In this document: positions 11,103 through 21,067 of the stretch, piece after piece
Layout: each line of letters starts with the position of its first letter
Numbering within the stretch: position 1 is the stretch's first letter
IMG/VR virus record: IMGVR_UViG_2700988794_000001
Coordinates: 32,001 to 96,000 of that record
DNA length: 64,000 bases
Source of the DNA: a virus
Taxonomy: Duplodnaviria > Caudoviricetes
Reading direction: 5' to 3' (one strand)
The notes under the pieces: model-generated
Databases searched by the model: none
Told to the model about the DNA's origin: nothing
Seen by the model: the letters and a program-made list of their open reading frames with translations, nothing else
Position numbers and translations under genes: made by a program

Positions 11103-11546
11103 ATGTCTCATACCACCACACTGAAGGGCGTCCAGATCAAGGACATCGCCGCGCTTCGCGCAGCGGTCGCTGAACTCATCACCCAGGGCGTCAACTGCGC
11201 TCTCCTGGAGAACGCCAAGCCGCGCATGTTCTACGCGAGCCAGCACACCAACTGCGATTACGTCCTGAACCTGAAGGACAGCCAGTACGACGTTGGCTTC
11301 GACAAGCAGAAGGACGGCTCCTACGCTCCGGTGTTTGACGAATGGTCCAACCACGTCTCGGCGAAGATCGGCGCTTCCTGCCCGCTGCCGACCACGGCGG
11401 AAGGCAAAGCCCAGCACCAGATCGGCAAGCTGCTTCAGTCCTACCAGAAGCACGTCGCCATCAACGCCGCCGTCATGTCCGGCTACTCTGTCGAGAGCGC
11501 CGACTACGACAAGGAAGGCAACCTCCAACTCGTGATCAACGCGTAA
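11103..11546 (+). CDS. DUF1257/Ycf35-like protein
   Basis: MSH.T....I.D..AL..A..EL, YDVGF.KQ.DG.Y..V.DEW, LLQ.Y pattern. Confidence 0.75.
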   Translation: MSHTTTLKGVQIKDIAALRAAVAELITQGVNCALLENAKPRMFYASQHTNCDYVLNLKDSQYDVGFDKQKDGSYAPVFDEWSNHVSAKIGASCPLPTTAEGKAQHQIGKLLQSYQKHVAINAAVMSGYSVESADYDKEGNLQLVINA

Positions 11547-11600
11547 GGGCTCCGGCCCTTACCGCCCACCCTCGAAACACAGAAACGGAAAGCAACTCCA

Positions 11601-11819
11601 ATGAGCATGAAGCAGATCAAGGTCACCATCGATCCCATCGGCAACTCCAAGGTCGAAGCAATCGGCTACAACGGCGTCGGCTGCGAAGCCGCCACGAAGA
11701 CGGTCGAAGACGCGTTGGCCGGTGGCAAGGGCGGTGTTGACCGCGTCATGAAGCCGGAATGGTCGAACCCGAACACCGAAGAGCAGACCCAGCAGCAGGG
11801 CATCCCGACCTGGGGCTAA
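11601..11819 (+). CDS. DUF2997-like protein
   Basis: I.VTIDP.G...VEA.GY.G.GC..AT..VE.AL.G....R..KPE. Confidence 0.8.
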   Translation: MSMKQIKVTIDPIGNSKVEAIGYNGVGCEAATKTVEDALAGGKGGVDRVMKPEWSNPNTEEQTQQQGIPTWG

Positions 11820-11827
11820 GACGATCC

Positions 11828-11945
11828 GCGAGGGGCTGGCAACGGCCCCATCGCTTCCAAGGTGAAGCCAGCCTCCTCTCATAGCCGCCGCATCATATGA
11901 GAGTGACACTTAAACCCTTCCTCGTGGGGTTTGGCTGGCTTCTCC
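11828..11945 (+). ncRNA. Structured intergenic RNA (GCAA-tetraloop hairpin + three-way junction)
   Basis: GAAGCCAGCC/GGCTGGCTTC outer stem enclosing CTCTCATA/TATGAGAG and AAACCC/GGGTTT. Confidence 0.45.
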
Positions 11946-11971
11946 CTGCAAGCGAAGAGGAGAACCACCCT

Positions 11972-12340
11972 ATGCAGCAAGTCATCACAATCCAGCCGGA
12001 CGGCACCATGTCCGGCCTCCAGGTCAAGCCCGGCAAGGGCATCGACCTCACCAAGCTCGGAAAGGCCCACGTGGTCCGGGCTTCGGAAATCCTCTGGCAT
12101 GAAGAGAAGCAACTCTGGTATGTCAGCCTCCTGAATGAAGAGCGCCAGATGGACGGCCTCTTCGGAACGCTGACCTGGGATATGTGGACAGATGCCGGTC
12201 TCGACCACGAGCAGCTTCCAGCGGCCACCACCTTCTCGGTAGTCCGTGACAACCTCGCTATGTTCTTCCCGGACTATGACAGGGCAGTAATAGCGGAGAT
12301 TGCATACCTCGACGCCATGCGTCTGAAGGGCATCTTCTAA
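11972..12340 (+). CDS. Small protein of the type accompanying DUF2997/DUF1257 modules
   Basis: I.I.PDG, DL..LG...V.RAS.I.W, F..Y..A..AEI.YL; GGAGAACCACC RBS. Confidence 0.7.
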   Translation: MQQVITIQPDGTMSGLQVKPGKGIDLTKLGKAHVVRASEILWHEEKQLWYVSLLNEERQMDGLFGTLTWDMWTDAGLDHEQLPAATTFSVVRDNLAMFFPDYDRAVIAEIAYLDAMRLKGIF

Positions 12341-12526
12341 GACATCCGCCCTGCCGTGCAACCCGTTGCATTGCAGGGCTTTTTAGCGTCTAGTGGTAAG
12401 GAGGCGACACACCTACAAGATGTAGTAGGCTTGACATGTAGGCCCGTTAGGGCTTATGAATACCCCTCGATCCGGCCAGGGCACCTAGCAAGGTATCCGG
12501 ATCAAGTCGCACCCAAAGGAATAACA

Positions 12527-13945
12527 ATGCAGCATGTTCAAGTGCATGCGGAGAACGGCTATGTGTACGTTCCCGCCAATACCCCTCTGTCTCGTAAGCA
12601 CGTAGACCAACCCGTGGTCTCAGTGGCGCTCCCCACCGACAAGCGCCTCTATACGCTCAAGGTCAAGACCTTCCTGCATCAGCAAGCGTGCCGCCTCCTG
12701 GCACCTCTCCTCACCGCCGCACAGTTCACCGTCTTCTGCCAAATCTTCGACCGGTCGATTGGTTGGGGCCGGACGCAGTGCTTCACCACCGCCATCAACA
12801 TCGCCGAGGGTAACGGCAAAGACTGGCACGGGTGTGGCGTCACAGAGCGCACTGTAAAGCGCTGTGTGACAATCCTCTGCGAGATGGGCGTGATCTCCAA
12901 GACCTCCACCCGGAACCGTGGAACCCTCTTTACCGTCAACCTCGAATGGAAAGGCGATGAACCGATGCTGTCGATCCCCAAGCGTTTGAAGGGCGAACAG
13001 CCCGCGAAACAGGACCGTGTGTCCCTTATCGCACCCCGGAAAAGGGACATTGTGTCCCAAGGAATAGAAACAGAAAATCATTCCTTCCCTTCGGTCAGTC
13101 ATGATGAAACAGGATACTCGCCGGAAGCGAGGGAACCGGAAGAAGAAAAGGCTTCGCCGGAAGAGAGTGCAGGGAATTCCTTGGCCCGCGAAAATATCCA
13201 GGCCCTGGTAGAGCGCACCAACGCTCGCATCGAGAAGAAGCGGGAAAAGAACGTCGAGCGCGCCAAGCAGAAGGGCAACCCGCTCTCCCTCGAAACCATC
13301 TGGCGTCACGCCGTGGCGATGCACTTCCCGGAGATCGTGGTCGCCCCGGCCTGGACCAAGACGCAGCACGGGATCATCATGGCAATCGCTAAGAAGTGGA
13401 CGCAGGGCGGCAAGCTGGCGGACTTCGCGGCCTTCCTAGAATGGTGCGTCGTCTCGTGGCCCGCCATCATGCGCCAGCAGTTCAAGTGGATGACCAAGCA
13501 GAAGCCGCCGATGGCTCCAGACTTCCGGTTTTGGGCCAAGTTCCACGAGGAATTCCTCAACTGCTACCACTCCGGCAAGCTCTCAAAGTGGATGCGCGCC
13601 GCCGAACGCAGCCGCCTCGAATTCCTGAAGGCCCGTGGCAAGACCCACGAGGAAGCCTTGTTCATCATCGCCGAAGAGCAGGCGAAGGAAGCGATGTCCA
13701 GGGAGAACCGTGAGACCCTGAACGCCGTCCGGCAGACAGAGCAGCGCATCGCCCAACGCCAGAAGATGCTGCGTGAGCAGGAAGATAGGGGCGCTCGCGG
13801 CGTTCCGGTACACCCCAAGAGCGAGGAAGCGAAAAAAGCCTCTGGCGTGCAACCTGTTGCACCTATCCAGGAGCCGTCTTCTGATGTAGACCTGGACGAA
13901 CTGGAAAAGATGCTTGCCGATATTCCGGAGTGGAACGAAGAATGA
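12527..13945 (+). CDS. Putative replication initiator (N-terminal winged HTH)
   Basis: IFDRSIGWG...IAEG...G..ERTVKRCV..L.EMGVI resembles lambda O-type HTH; first gene of the replication operon. Confidence 0.55.
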   Translation: MQHVQVHAENGYVYVPANTPLSRKHVDQPVVSVALPTDKRLYTLKVKTFLHQQACRLLAPLLTAAQFTVFCQIFDRSIGWGRTQCFTTAINIAEGNGKDWHGCGVTERTVKRCVTILCEMGVISKTSTRNRGTLFTVNLEWKGDEPMLSIPKRLKGEQPAKQDRVSLIAPRKRDIVSQGIETENHSFPSVSHDETGYSPEAREPEEEKASPEESAGNSLARENIQALVERTNARIEKKREKNVERAKQKGNPLSLETIWRHAVAMHFPEIVVAPAWTKTQHGIIMAIAKKWTQGGKLADFAAFLEWCVVSWPAIMRQQFKWMTKQKPPMAPDFRFWAKFHEEFLNCYHSGKLSKWMRAAERSRLEFLKARGKTHEEALFIIAEEQAKEAMSRENRETLNAVRQTEQRIAQRQKMLREQEDRGARGVPVHPKSEEAKKASGVQPVAPIQEPSSDVDLDELEKMLADIPEWNEE

Positions 13946-14502
13946 GCCTCAGCGCCGATCACAAATGGTCATTGAACCGCGCCGGTATTGGAGCGGCCTA
14001 CCATGACAAAAGCATGATGACGGACTTCGGCCCGGAAGGCATCATGCTCGCACAGTGGGTGCAGGACAGCCGGAACAAGGTCAAGAGCGGGCATTCCGTC
14101 CTGATGACCGGGCTCCGCTCCAGGGAGCTTATGATGATGGTGGCGCGTGGCTTCCATCTCAATGGCATGGGCGTCTATGTCACGCCGCTTGTCCGCGTCG
14201 GTCAGGTGCTGTTCGACGCCGCCACCAAAGAGCAGGTGCGTGAGAACGAAATCCTCGTCATCACCGGGTTCCAGCAAGAGGGCGAGTGCCCGCTGAAGTC
14301 CAGCCTCCTCTACGAGACCGAGCATCTGATCAACGACCGTTCCGACCGTGGCAAGACCACCTTCGTGACGATCCCGATTGGCGATGAGCGCCAGCCCTTC
14401 GATCCGGAGAGCTTCGAAGGCTGGTGGTGGAGCATGGAGCTTGTCGATACCATCCTCGACCGCTACGAAATTCTTGATATGAGCAGCAGGGTTCGCACAT
14501 GA
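13942..14502 (+). CDS. Degenerate DnaC/IstB-like helicase loader
   Basis: Between initiator and DnaB; LINDRSDRGKTTFVT resembles the DnaC C-terminal motif; Walker motifs absent. Confidence 0.4.
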   Translation: MSLSADHKWSLNRAGIGAAYHDKSMMTDFGPEGIMLAQWVQDSRNKVKSGHSVLMTGLRSRELMMMVARGFHLNGMGVYVTPLVRVGQVLFDAATKEQVRENEILVITGFQQEGECPLKSSLLYETEHLINDRSDRGKTTFVTIPIGDERQPFDPESFEGWWWSMELVDTILDRYEILDMSSRVRT

Positions 14503-15797
14503 GCATTGGTCTACAGCTTGTCCGAGCGGCAATTGAAGGCGGCTCTCGGGAAGCCTTGCGGCAGGTTCCGATCACCCTGTTTACCCCAGACGAGTTGCCT
14601 CGCGTGCAGTTCGTCGTCAACCATATCAGCAACCACGGTGCCCTGCCCTCCATCCAGATTTGCACCGAGAACGGCATCACGTTCCCCGGCACAAATGGAG
14701 GTAACTTCTCCTATTTCATGACGCGCCTTCGTCAGCGCGCCATCACCAACTCGGCGACCGCTGGCGCTCAGGGGCTGCTCGCAGCTATCCGCGCCCGCAA
14801 CGACCAGGACATCGTCAGCATCGTAGAGAACATGCATGGTCAGATGACCTCTGTTTCTCAGAACGAAAGCACGATGCCTATCACGAACGCCATCCAGGCG
14901 GCGTGGCAGGAATACCATGAAGCCCGTGCAAACCCAGGCATGCGCGGCATCACGACCGGCTTCAGCGTCCTTGACCGCGTGACCGCTGGTCTCCGCCCCG
15001 GCGACGTTACGACCATCGTGGCACGCCCCGGCGTCGGCAAGTCCTGGACGATCCTGAACATGGCTCTTCGGGCTTGGCTGGCAGGAAACTCTGTCTGCTT
15101 CGTTTCGATGGAAATGACCGCCATCGAAACAGCACGCCGCCTGATCGGTATGGCGACTGGCGTCAACCCCGACTTCATCTCGCGTGGCACCGTCTCGCAT
15201 TGGGCGGAAGACAACGTCGAGCAGTGGATCGCCACCGTGCCGGGCCGTCCGCCGTTCATCCTCATGGTTGGCGACCTGTCGAAGTCCGTCCAGGACGTTG
15301 ACTACATGATCATGGAGTACGAGCCCGACATCTGCTATGTCGATGCCTCGTACCTCCTGAAGCCGACCGAAGGCAACATGTTCCGTGGCAAGCGCTGGGA
15401 GAGTGCCCAGCAAGTCGCCGAAGGCATCAAGGGTGTCGCCCTCAAGCGCCACCGCCATATCGTCCAGACCGTGCAGTTCAACCGCTCTCAGACGGTTGAC
15501 GAAGAGATGAGCCTCGACAACATCGGCGGCACCGACGCTTACGCGCAAATCTCCTCCCTCGCCATGGGTATCCGCATCGGCGCGGCTCCCAACGAACGTA
15601 GGCAACGCCGCTACGGCTTGCTGAAGAACCGCCACGGTATCGATTGGCTGACCTTCGAGACCAACTTCATCTTCGACCCGTTCAACATGGACGTTCTCGG
15701 CAGCAACCTCCCCGCTGACCTGGACACTGACGTGTTGCCTGAAGACGCTCCGGACCCGATCCCCGGCGAAAACTTCGGACACATGGAGAACCTGTAA
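14499..15797 (+). CDS. dnaB: Replicative DNA helicase (DnaB family)
   Basis: ITTGF..LD..T.GL.PG, ARPGVGKS, FVSMEM, YVDASY, VQFNR, KNRHG. Confidence 0.93.
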   Translation: MSIGLQLVRAAIEGGSREALRQVPITLFTPDELPRVQFVVNHISNHGALPSIQICTENGITFPGTNGGNFSYFMTRLRQRAITNSATAGAQGLLAAIRARNDQDIVSIVENMHGQMTSVSQNESTMPITNAIQAAWQEYHEARANPGMRGITTGFSVLDRVTAGLRPGDVTTIVARPGVGKSWTILNMALRAWLAGNSVCFVSMEMTAIETARRLIGMATGVNPDFISRGTVSHWAEDNVEQWIATVPGRPPFILMVGDLSKSVQDVDYMIMEYEPDICYVDASYLLKPTEGNMFRGKRWESAQQVAEGIKGVALKRHRHIVQTVQFNRSQTVDEEMSLDNIGGTDAYAQISSLAMGIRIGAAPNERRQRRYGLLKNRHGIDWLTFETNFIFDPFNMDVLGSNLPADLDTDVLPEDAPDPIPGENFGHMENL

Positions 15798-18624
15798 TGC
15801 CAGCTATGCGACCACGCCATGTGCAGCTTGAAGAAAAACGACCGGTGCAACAAGTTGCAGGCGCTACCCACATGCGTCGGGCGGAGGAAGGCGGTCGCCA
15901 CACCTTCAGCTTCGGACCCTACGACCACCCGGTAACCGATGAGAAGTGCGGCGACATCCTGGTTGTATGCGATGCGCAGAATTGGGATGCTCAGCGTTGG
16001 GGCTACCCGATGCATCCCGATAGCATGAGGATGTTCGCCAAAGCCGCAGAGAAGGCTGGAGTTCCTGACGGCAAGATCACCTTCCTCGGCCTCTGCCCGC
16101 CCGTGCCGACCCAGGACATCAAGTCCGCCGCCCGCACCTGGAAGCACGTCGAGAAGTTCGTGCCCGGCGTCATCGAGTACATCAATCAGCAGAAGCCGAA
16201 GGTCGTCGTCACCCTTGGCGCGCTCGCCAGCCGTGCCGTCTTCGACCGTTCCGTGTCGATCACCAAGGCCCGTGGCGTCCTCGTGCAGCCGCACCCCCAC
16301 CGCCCTCACGTCTTCCCGATGCTGTCGCCCGGCTTCATTGCCCGCGTCCCGGAACACCAGAAGACTTTCGAAGGCGACATTGGCACGCTCTCGAAGTTCG
16401 TACATGCCGGGTTCGATCCGAATGGCATCATGACGATGGAGACCGACTACCAGTGGTGCTACGATCTCCAGTTCATGATCGACAACCCGCCACAGGCCCT
16501 TGCCGTTGACACAGAAGGCACAGGGCTGCGTTGGCACCAGGACAGCACTCGGAACCTCACCGTACAGCTATCCCCTCGCCCAGGCGTCTCCTATATCATC
16601 CCCGTGGACGAAGCCTATGTGATGAAGTGGGCGAAGTTCTTCCCACCTCGGCTTGCCGGTCGCTTGGCCGGTTGCGCGAGCAGTTGAAGCAAATTCTGGA
16701 AAACCCCGACATCCAGAAGATGGGCCACAACATCAAGTTCGACCATATGATGATCCGCAAGATGGGCATCAATATGCAGAACGTCAAACACGATACGCAA
16801 ATGATGGCGTTCGGTGTTGACGAGAACATGATGTCCAAGACCCTGGACGATTGCGTCCGCGTCTGGGTTCCGCAGATGTCCGGCTATGCCGACGACTTCA
16901 ACACGCACGTTGACAAGAACAGGATGTTCGACGTGCCACCCGAAGACATCCTGGACGAAAACGGCAAGGTCATCCAGTACGGCATGCGCCGATACGCAGG
17001 CGGCGATACCGATGCCACCTTCCGGCTTGCCCGCGCCCTCTATCCGTTGCTTCGGCGCGAGCCCAGCCAGTGGAACATCTACGAGCGCATCCATATGCCC
17101 GCCCTGATGGCCTTCGCTAATCGCCTGGAGCGGTATGGCATGGTTATCGACCAGGAAGCGCTACGCAAGCTCTCTGGCGACGTGAAGGCATGGCTGAAGG
17201 ACGAGTTCCGGGCGCTGATCCGTATGGTGCCTCCTGCCGTCCGCCGCAAGCATCTCGAAGCCGGTCTCAAGTTCTCCCGTGACCAGTTCGTCCGTGATAT
17301 CCTCTTCAGCGAAGACGGCTTCAACCTCAAGCCCCAGGTCTTCACCAAGTCCACCGAAGACCTTTCGGATGAGACCAAGCGCGTGCCGTCCGTCTCGACC
17401 AAGGATCACATGCCCTACTTCGTGACCCGCAAGGACACGGCAGGGCAGTTCGTCACCCGTCTGATCGAGTACCAAAAGACCTCGAAGATGGATAGCACGT
17501 ATTGTGGCAACGAAGAGGAAAGGACCGGGTTCTGGCAATACCTGAATAGCAGCAGCCGCATCTTCCCATCCTTCGCGCTGCACAAGACCAACACAGGCCG
17601 CACCGCATCTAGCGATCCGAACGGCCAGAACTATCCGAAGCGTGGTCAGTGGGCCAAACCGTTCCTGAAGGTCTTCAAGCCCAACCCAGGCTACCGCTTC
17701 GTCGCCGCCGACTTGTCGCAGATCGAACTGCGCATCGCTGCCTGGGAAAGCGGCGATGAAACAATGCTTGACATTTATCGCAATGACGGCGATATTCACA
17801 TGATGACAGCGGCAGCAACTATGCGCCTCTCTGTCGAAGAATTCCTACAACAAGAACCTGCCATCCGTAAGTTTAAACGCTTCGCCGCTAAAGCTGTGAA
17901 TTTCGGCTTCGTTTACGGAATGGGTGCAAAAGGCTTCCGGACCTACGCTAAGACGCAGTACGGCGTGGATTACTCCGAGCGTGAAGCCTACGAGACCCGC
18001 GAACTGTTCTTTGCCACCTACCGGCAACTCATCGCATGGCACGAACGTCGCAAGACCGAAGCACGTCGCCAGGGCTTTGTGTCCTCGCTGCACGGCGCTA
18101 TCCGTCACCTGCCGTCGATCTACTCCAGCGACCAGGGCGTGGCGGCTATGGCAGAACGGCAGGCCGTCAACGCGCCTGTCCAGCGCTTCGGCTCCGACCT
18201 CGGCGTCATGGCCCTAACCCGTCTCTCATGGCAGGCAGACCCGGAAATCATGCGCCCGGTCGGCTTCGTCCATGACCAAGTCATCTGTGAGGCCAAGATC
18301 GGCCACGAACTGGAAGCGGCCAACGCCCTGGTATGGGCTATGGAAAACCCGCTGCTCGAAGAGTGGTTTGGCATCACCGCGCCGCTGCCGATCAAGGCCG
18401 AGCCGGATATCGGCGACACCCTCGGCACCACCCTCGAACTGAACGAAATGCCGAAGAACGAAGACGGCTCTCTGAAGGTTCCCGACTGGTGGAGCGAGAC
18501 TGGCATCGAGTGCGTCAACGTCAACGGCACATGGAAGGCCCCGTTCGCCCCGGCCAAGCCCACATGGTGGAACGACAATGAGGCAGAAGCGCAGGAGCAG
18601 TTCACCCGCTTCCTCCACGTTTAA
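15797..18624 (+). CDS. Family A DNA polymerase with N-terminal UDG-like domain and 3'-5' exonuclease; frameshift near 16668
   Basis: KPKVVVTLGA.A, AVDTEGTGL, GHNIKFD, YAGGDTD, TGRTAS.DPNGQN, ADLSQIELR, AKAVNFGFVYG, FVHDQ. Confidence 0.93.
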
Positions 18625-18625
18625 A

Positions 18626-18680
18626 TGCAACTTGTTGCACCATTTTAGGTGTTGACAAAGGATCGGTTCCAAGTTAGATT
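18626..18680 (+). promoter_or_regulatory. Palindrome + conserved promoter
   Basis: TGCAACTTGTTGCA; TTGACAAAGGATCGGTTCCAAGTTAGATT. Confidence 0.85.
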
Positions 18681-18734
18681 GCTTACAGGATCAAAGGAAC
18701 CGATCCTTCTGGAACCGCAACCGAGGAGTTTTTC

Positions 18735-19148
18735 ATGCCCCGTACAGCCCGCGCCGTCAACCTCAGCACCGAACTGACGGCTGACGAAAAAGAACAACAG
18801 ATGAAGGCCAAGCTGGCGAAAATCCGCCAGTACGCCAAGGCCGAGAGCAAGGCCCGCTCCGACAAGGACAAGCTCTTGCGTCAGCTTGAAAAAGAGATGA
18901 CGGCGGCTGGAAAGCGCAAGCTCGAAGTCTTTTACGACAACGAGACCATCATCGGCGAGATCGGCACTGGCGACCCGCGCAACGTCGTGGACACTGCCCT
19001 GCTCGCTTCCAAGATCACACATGCTCAGTTCGTGTCCATCGCCACCGTCGCTGGCGGCGCGGTCAAGGAAGCCTTCGGCACCGGCATCCTCAATCAGGTG
19101 CTTGTCGAAAAGGAAGGCGAGCGCAAGCTTCGCGTCGAGGTCGCGTAA
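18735..19148 (+). CDS. Hypothetical protein
   Basis: 137 aa with GAGGAG RBS. Confidence 0.7.
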   Translation: MPRTARAVNLSTELTADEKEQQMKAKLAKIRQYAKAESKARSDKDKLLRQLEKEMTAAGKRKLEVFYDNETIIGEIGTGDPRNVVDTALLASKITHAQFVSIATVAGGAVKEAFGTGILNQVLVEKEGERKLRVEVA

Positions 19149-19154
19149 TCCATC

Positions 19155-19658
19155 ATGTCGAAGGTTGTCACTCATTCGCGGTTTCAGCTTAGTGATATCA
19201 ACGCTGAAACCCTGAAGGGTATGGGGGTGGAAGTCCTAGCGGATTTCCCCTCCGACGCCGACCTGGGGCTTACCACCCCGGCCTACGGCGAGGAAGTGCT
19301 CGGCACCCTCTCTGTCGAAGAGTTCTCCATCTTTGTCGAGATGAACCATCTTAGCAAGGAAATCGAGCGCATCACCAAGTCTATCGCTGCCCGCAAAATG
19401 CGGGAAGTGGCAGATCGCATGGAAGGCGATGACGACCTTATGTCAGCCGCAGTCATGGGTGTTGAGAGCGCAGGGAAGAATTTCTTCGACAACGAAGAGG
19501 AGGAAGACCACTTCCATACCCTGAACGCCAAGTTCGCCCTTCTCCGGTCTACCCTCTATTGGGTTCTTGGGGAACGGTATCACGTCCACTCCTGGCGTTG
19601 CGGCATCCGTGCCAACCGCCGGTTCGTCAAAGTCGAGAAGCGCCTACCGAATGGATGA
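19155..19658 (+). CDS. Hypothetical protein
   Basis: 167 aa ORF in operon. Confidence 0.7.
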   Translation: MSKVVTHSRFQLSDINAETLKGMGVEVLADFPSDADLGLTTPAYGEEVLGTLSVEEFSIFVEMNHLSKEIERITKSIAARKMREVADRMEGDDDLMSAAVMGVESAGKNFFDNEEEEDHFHTLNAKFALLRSTLYWVLGERYHVHSWRCGIRANRRFVKVEKRLPNG

Positions 19659-20721
19659 AGCTCCGCTCCGCAGTATTCTCGCAAGGCTTGGGATTAGAAA
19701 TTTTCCCAAGCCTAACCATGCTGGATGGGGCCACGTGGCTTGCCCGTTCGCCCGCTACATGCCGCAGCACAAGTCCGGCGTTGACCGCTCACAGGGCTTC
19801 GCTATCAAGGTTGAGAAGGACGGGCCGTCTGCCTTCAACTGCCCTGTCTGCAAGATGCATGGCCGCATCTCCAACCTCGCCATGAACCTTGGCCGGTTCC
19901 ATGACCGGGACTACACCGAGGTGGCCTACGACGCCGACATGGCCGACCTGGACGCCCTCAACTACCTGCCCGCATTCGAAGCCGTCGAAGTGGACTTGCC
20001 GCCGACGCCCTTGGATGATGCGATCTTTGATGGCATGTTCGAAGAGCCCTGGAAGGTGCACAACCGCTACCCGCAGGCCGTACGCTTCCTCCAGGCCCGT
20101 GGCGTCTCCCAGGCGACCGCCGAGAAGCTCGGCCTCGGCTACGATCCAGAGAAGAAACGCATCACCTTCCCGGTGCGCGGCTTCAAGGGGGAGCTTTACG
20201 GCTTCTCCGGTCGAACGATCATGCCCGACCACAAACCGAAGGTGCTGGACTATGAGAACCTCCCCAAGCGTTGGCTCATTCTTGGCGTCGAGTTCTGGGT
20301 TCCCGGTCGCCCCATTGTCATGGTCGAAGGCCTGTTCGCCTACGCTCACTTCCATGAGATCGGCGCGGCTGAAAACTACAACGTCGGCGCTCTGCTTGGA
20401 TCGTATCTCACGCCCGAAAAGGCTGACATCCTTAAGTCCTATGACGAACCCGTGTACTGGTTCACCGATCCGGACCCGGCTGGCGATGATTGCCTCTTTG
20501 GCCGCGTTCTTCCGGGCCAGGATCAACTGCCAGAGGAAGACGACGAGCCGGGCGAGCGCGAGCTTCTCCGAGACCGCTCCACCTCTGCTCTATATGCGCT
20601 GAACGGTCACGTGCCGCAGTACGTCCCGAACTACCCCGTGGACGATCCGGACGATCTGACGGTGCAACAGTTTCACTGGATGATGGACAACGCCGAACTT
20701 TGGCTTCCCGACGCCAAGTAG
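19651..20721 (+). CDS. DNA primase (Zn finger + TOPRIM)
   Basis: CPFA..H..G.D...FNCPVC; RITFPV...G...GFSGR; VEG.F; FTDPDPAG; DPDDL. Confidence 0.88.
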   Translation: MDEAPLRSILARLGIRNFPKPNHAGWGHVACPFARYMPQHKSGVDRSQGFAIKVEKDGPSAFNCPVCKMHGRISNLAMNLGRFHDRDYTEVAYDADMADLDALNYLPAFEAVEVDLPPTPLDDAIFDGMFEEPWKVHNRYPQAVRFLQARGVSQATAEKLGLGYDPEKKRITFPVRGFKGELYGFSGRTIMPDHKPKVLDYENLPKRWLILGVEFWVPGRPIVMVEGLFAYAHFHEIGAAENYNVGALLGSYLTPEKADILKSYDEPVYWFTDPDPAGDDCLFGRVLPGQDQLPEEDDEPGERELLRDRSTSALYALNGHVPQYVPNYPVDDPDDLTVQQFHWMMDNAELWLPDAK

Positions 20722-20773
20722 GTAGCTTGACATCATTCGCCCTATATGTAACAAAGGATCAGGGAGTAGTTAC

Positions 20774-21004
20774 ATGGAAGACCTTTTCGAAAAACTATAC
20801 ATCCATCGTTACGTGGTGGGTAACATAGGTGAGAAGCGCTTATTCCTCGTGCTGCTCTCTAACACAAGCTTCATGGTCTCACTGGAAAATGACGGCTGCT
20901 ACGTTGTCGAAGGCATCGAGAAGCCGGTATTCTCCACAGACCTGATGGGCGCAGGGTTTGACTTCCTCACGGCCCTGCCGTCACTATTATCGTTGAGGAG
21001 CTAA
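20774..21004 (+). CDS. Hypothetical protein (lower GC)
   Basis: 76 aa with GGGAG RBS. Confidence 0.5.
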   Translation: MEDLFEKLYIHRYVVGNIGEKRLFLVLLSNTSFMVSLENDGCYVVEGIEKPVFSTDLMGAGFDFLTALPSLLSLRS

Positions 21005-21067
21005 GACAGTGGCTCGGAAGAGACCCTATGGCGGCGTCTGATGTACGCCTTTTGGAGAAGAGAAAAG

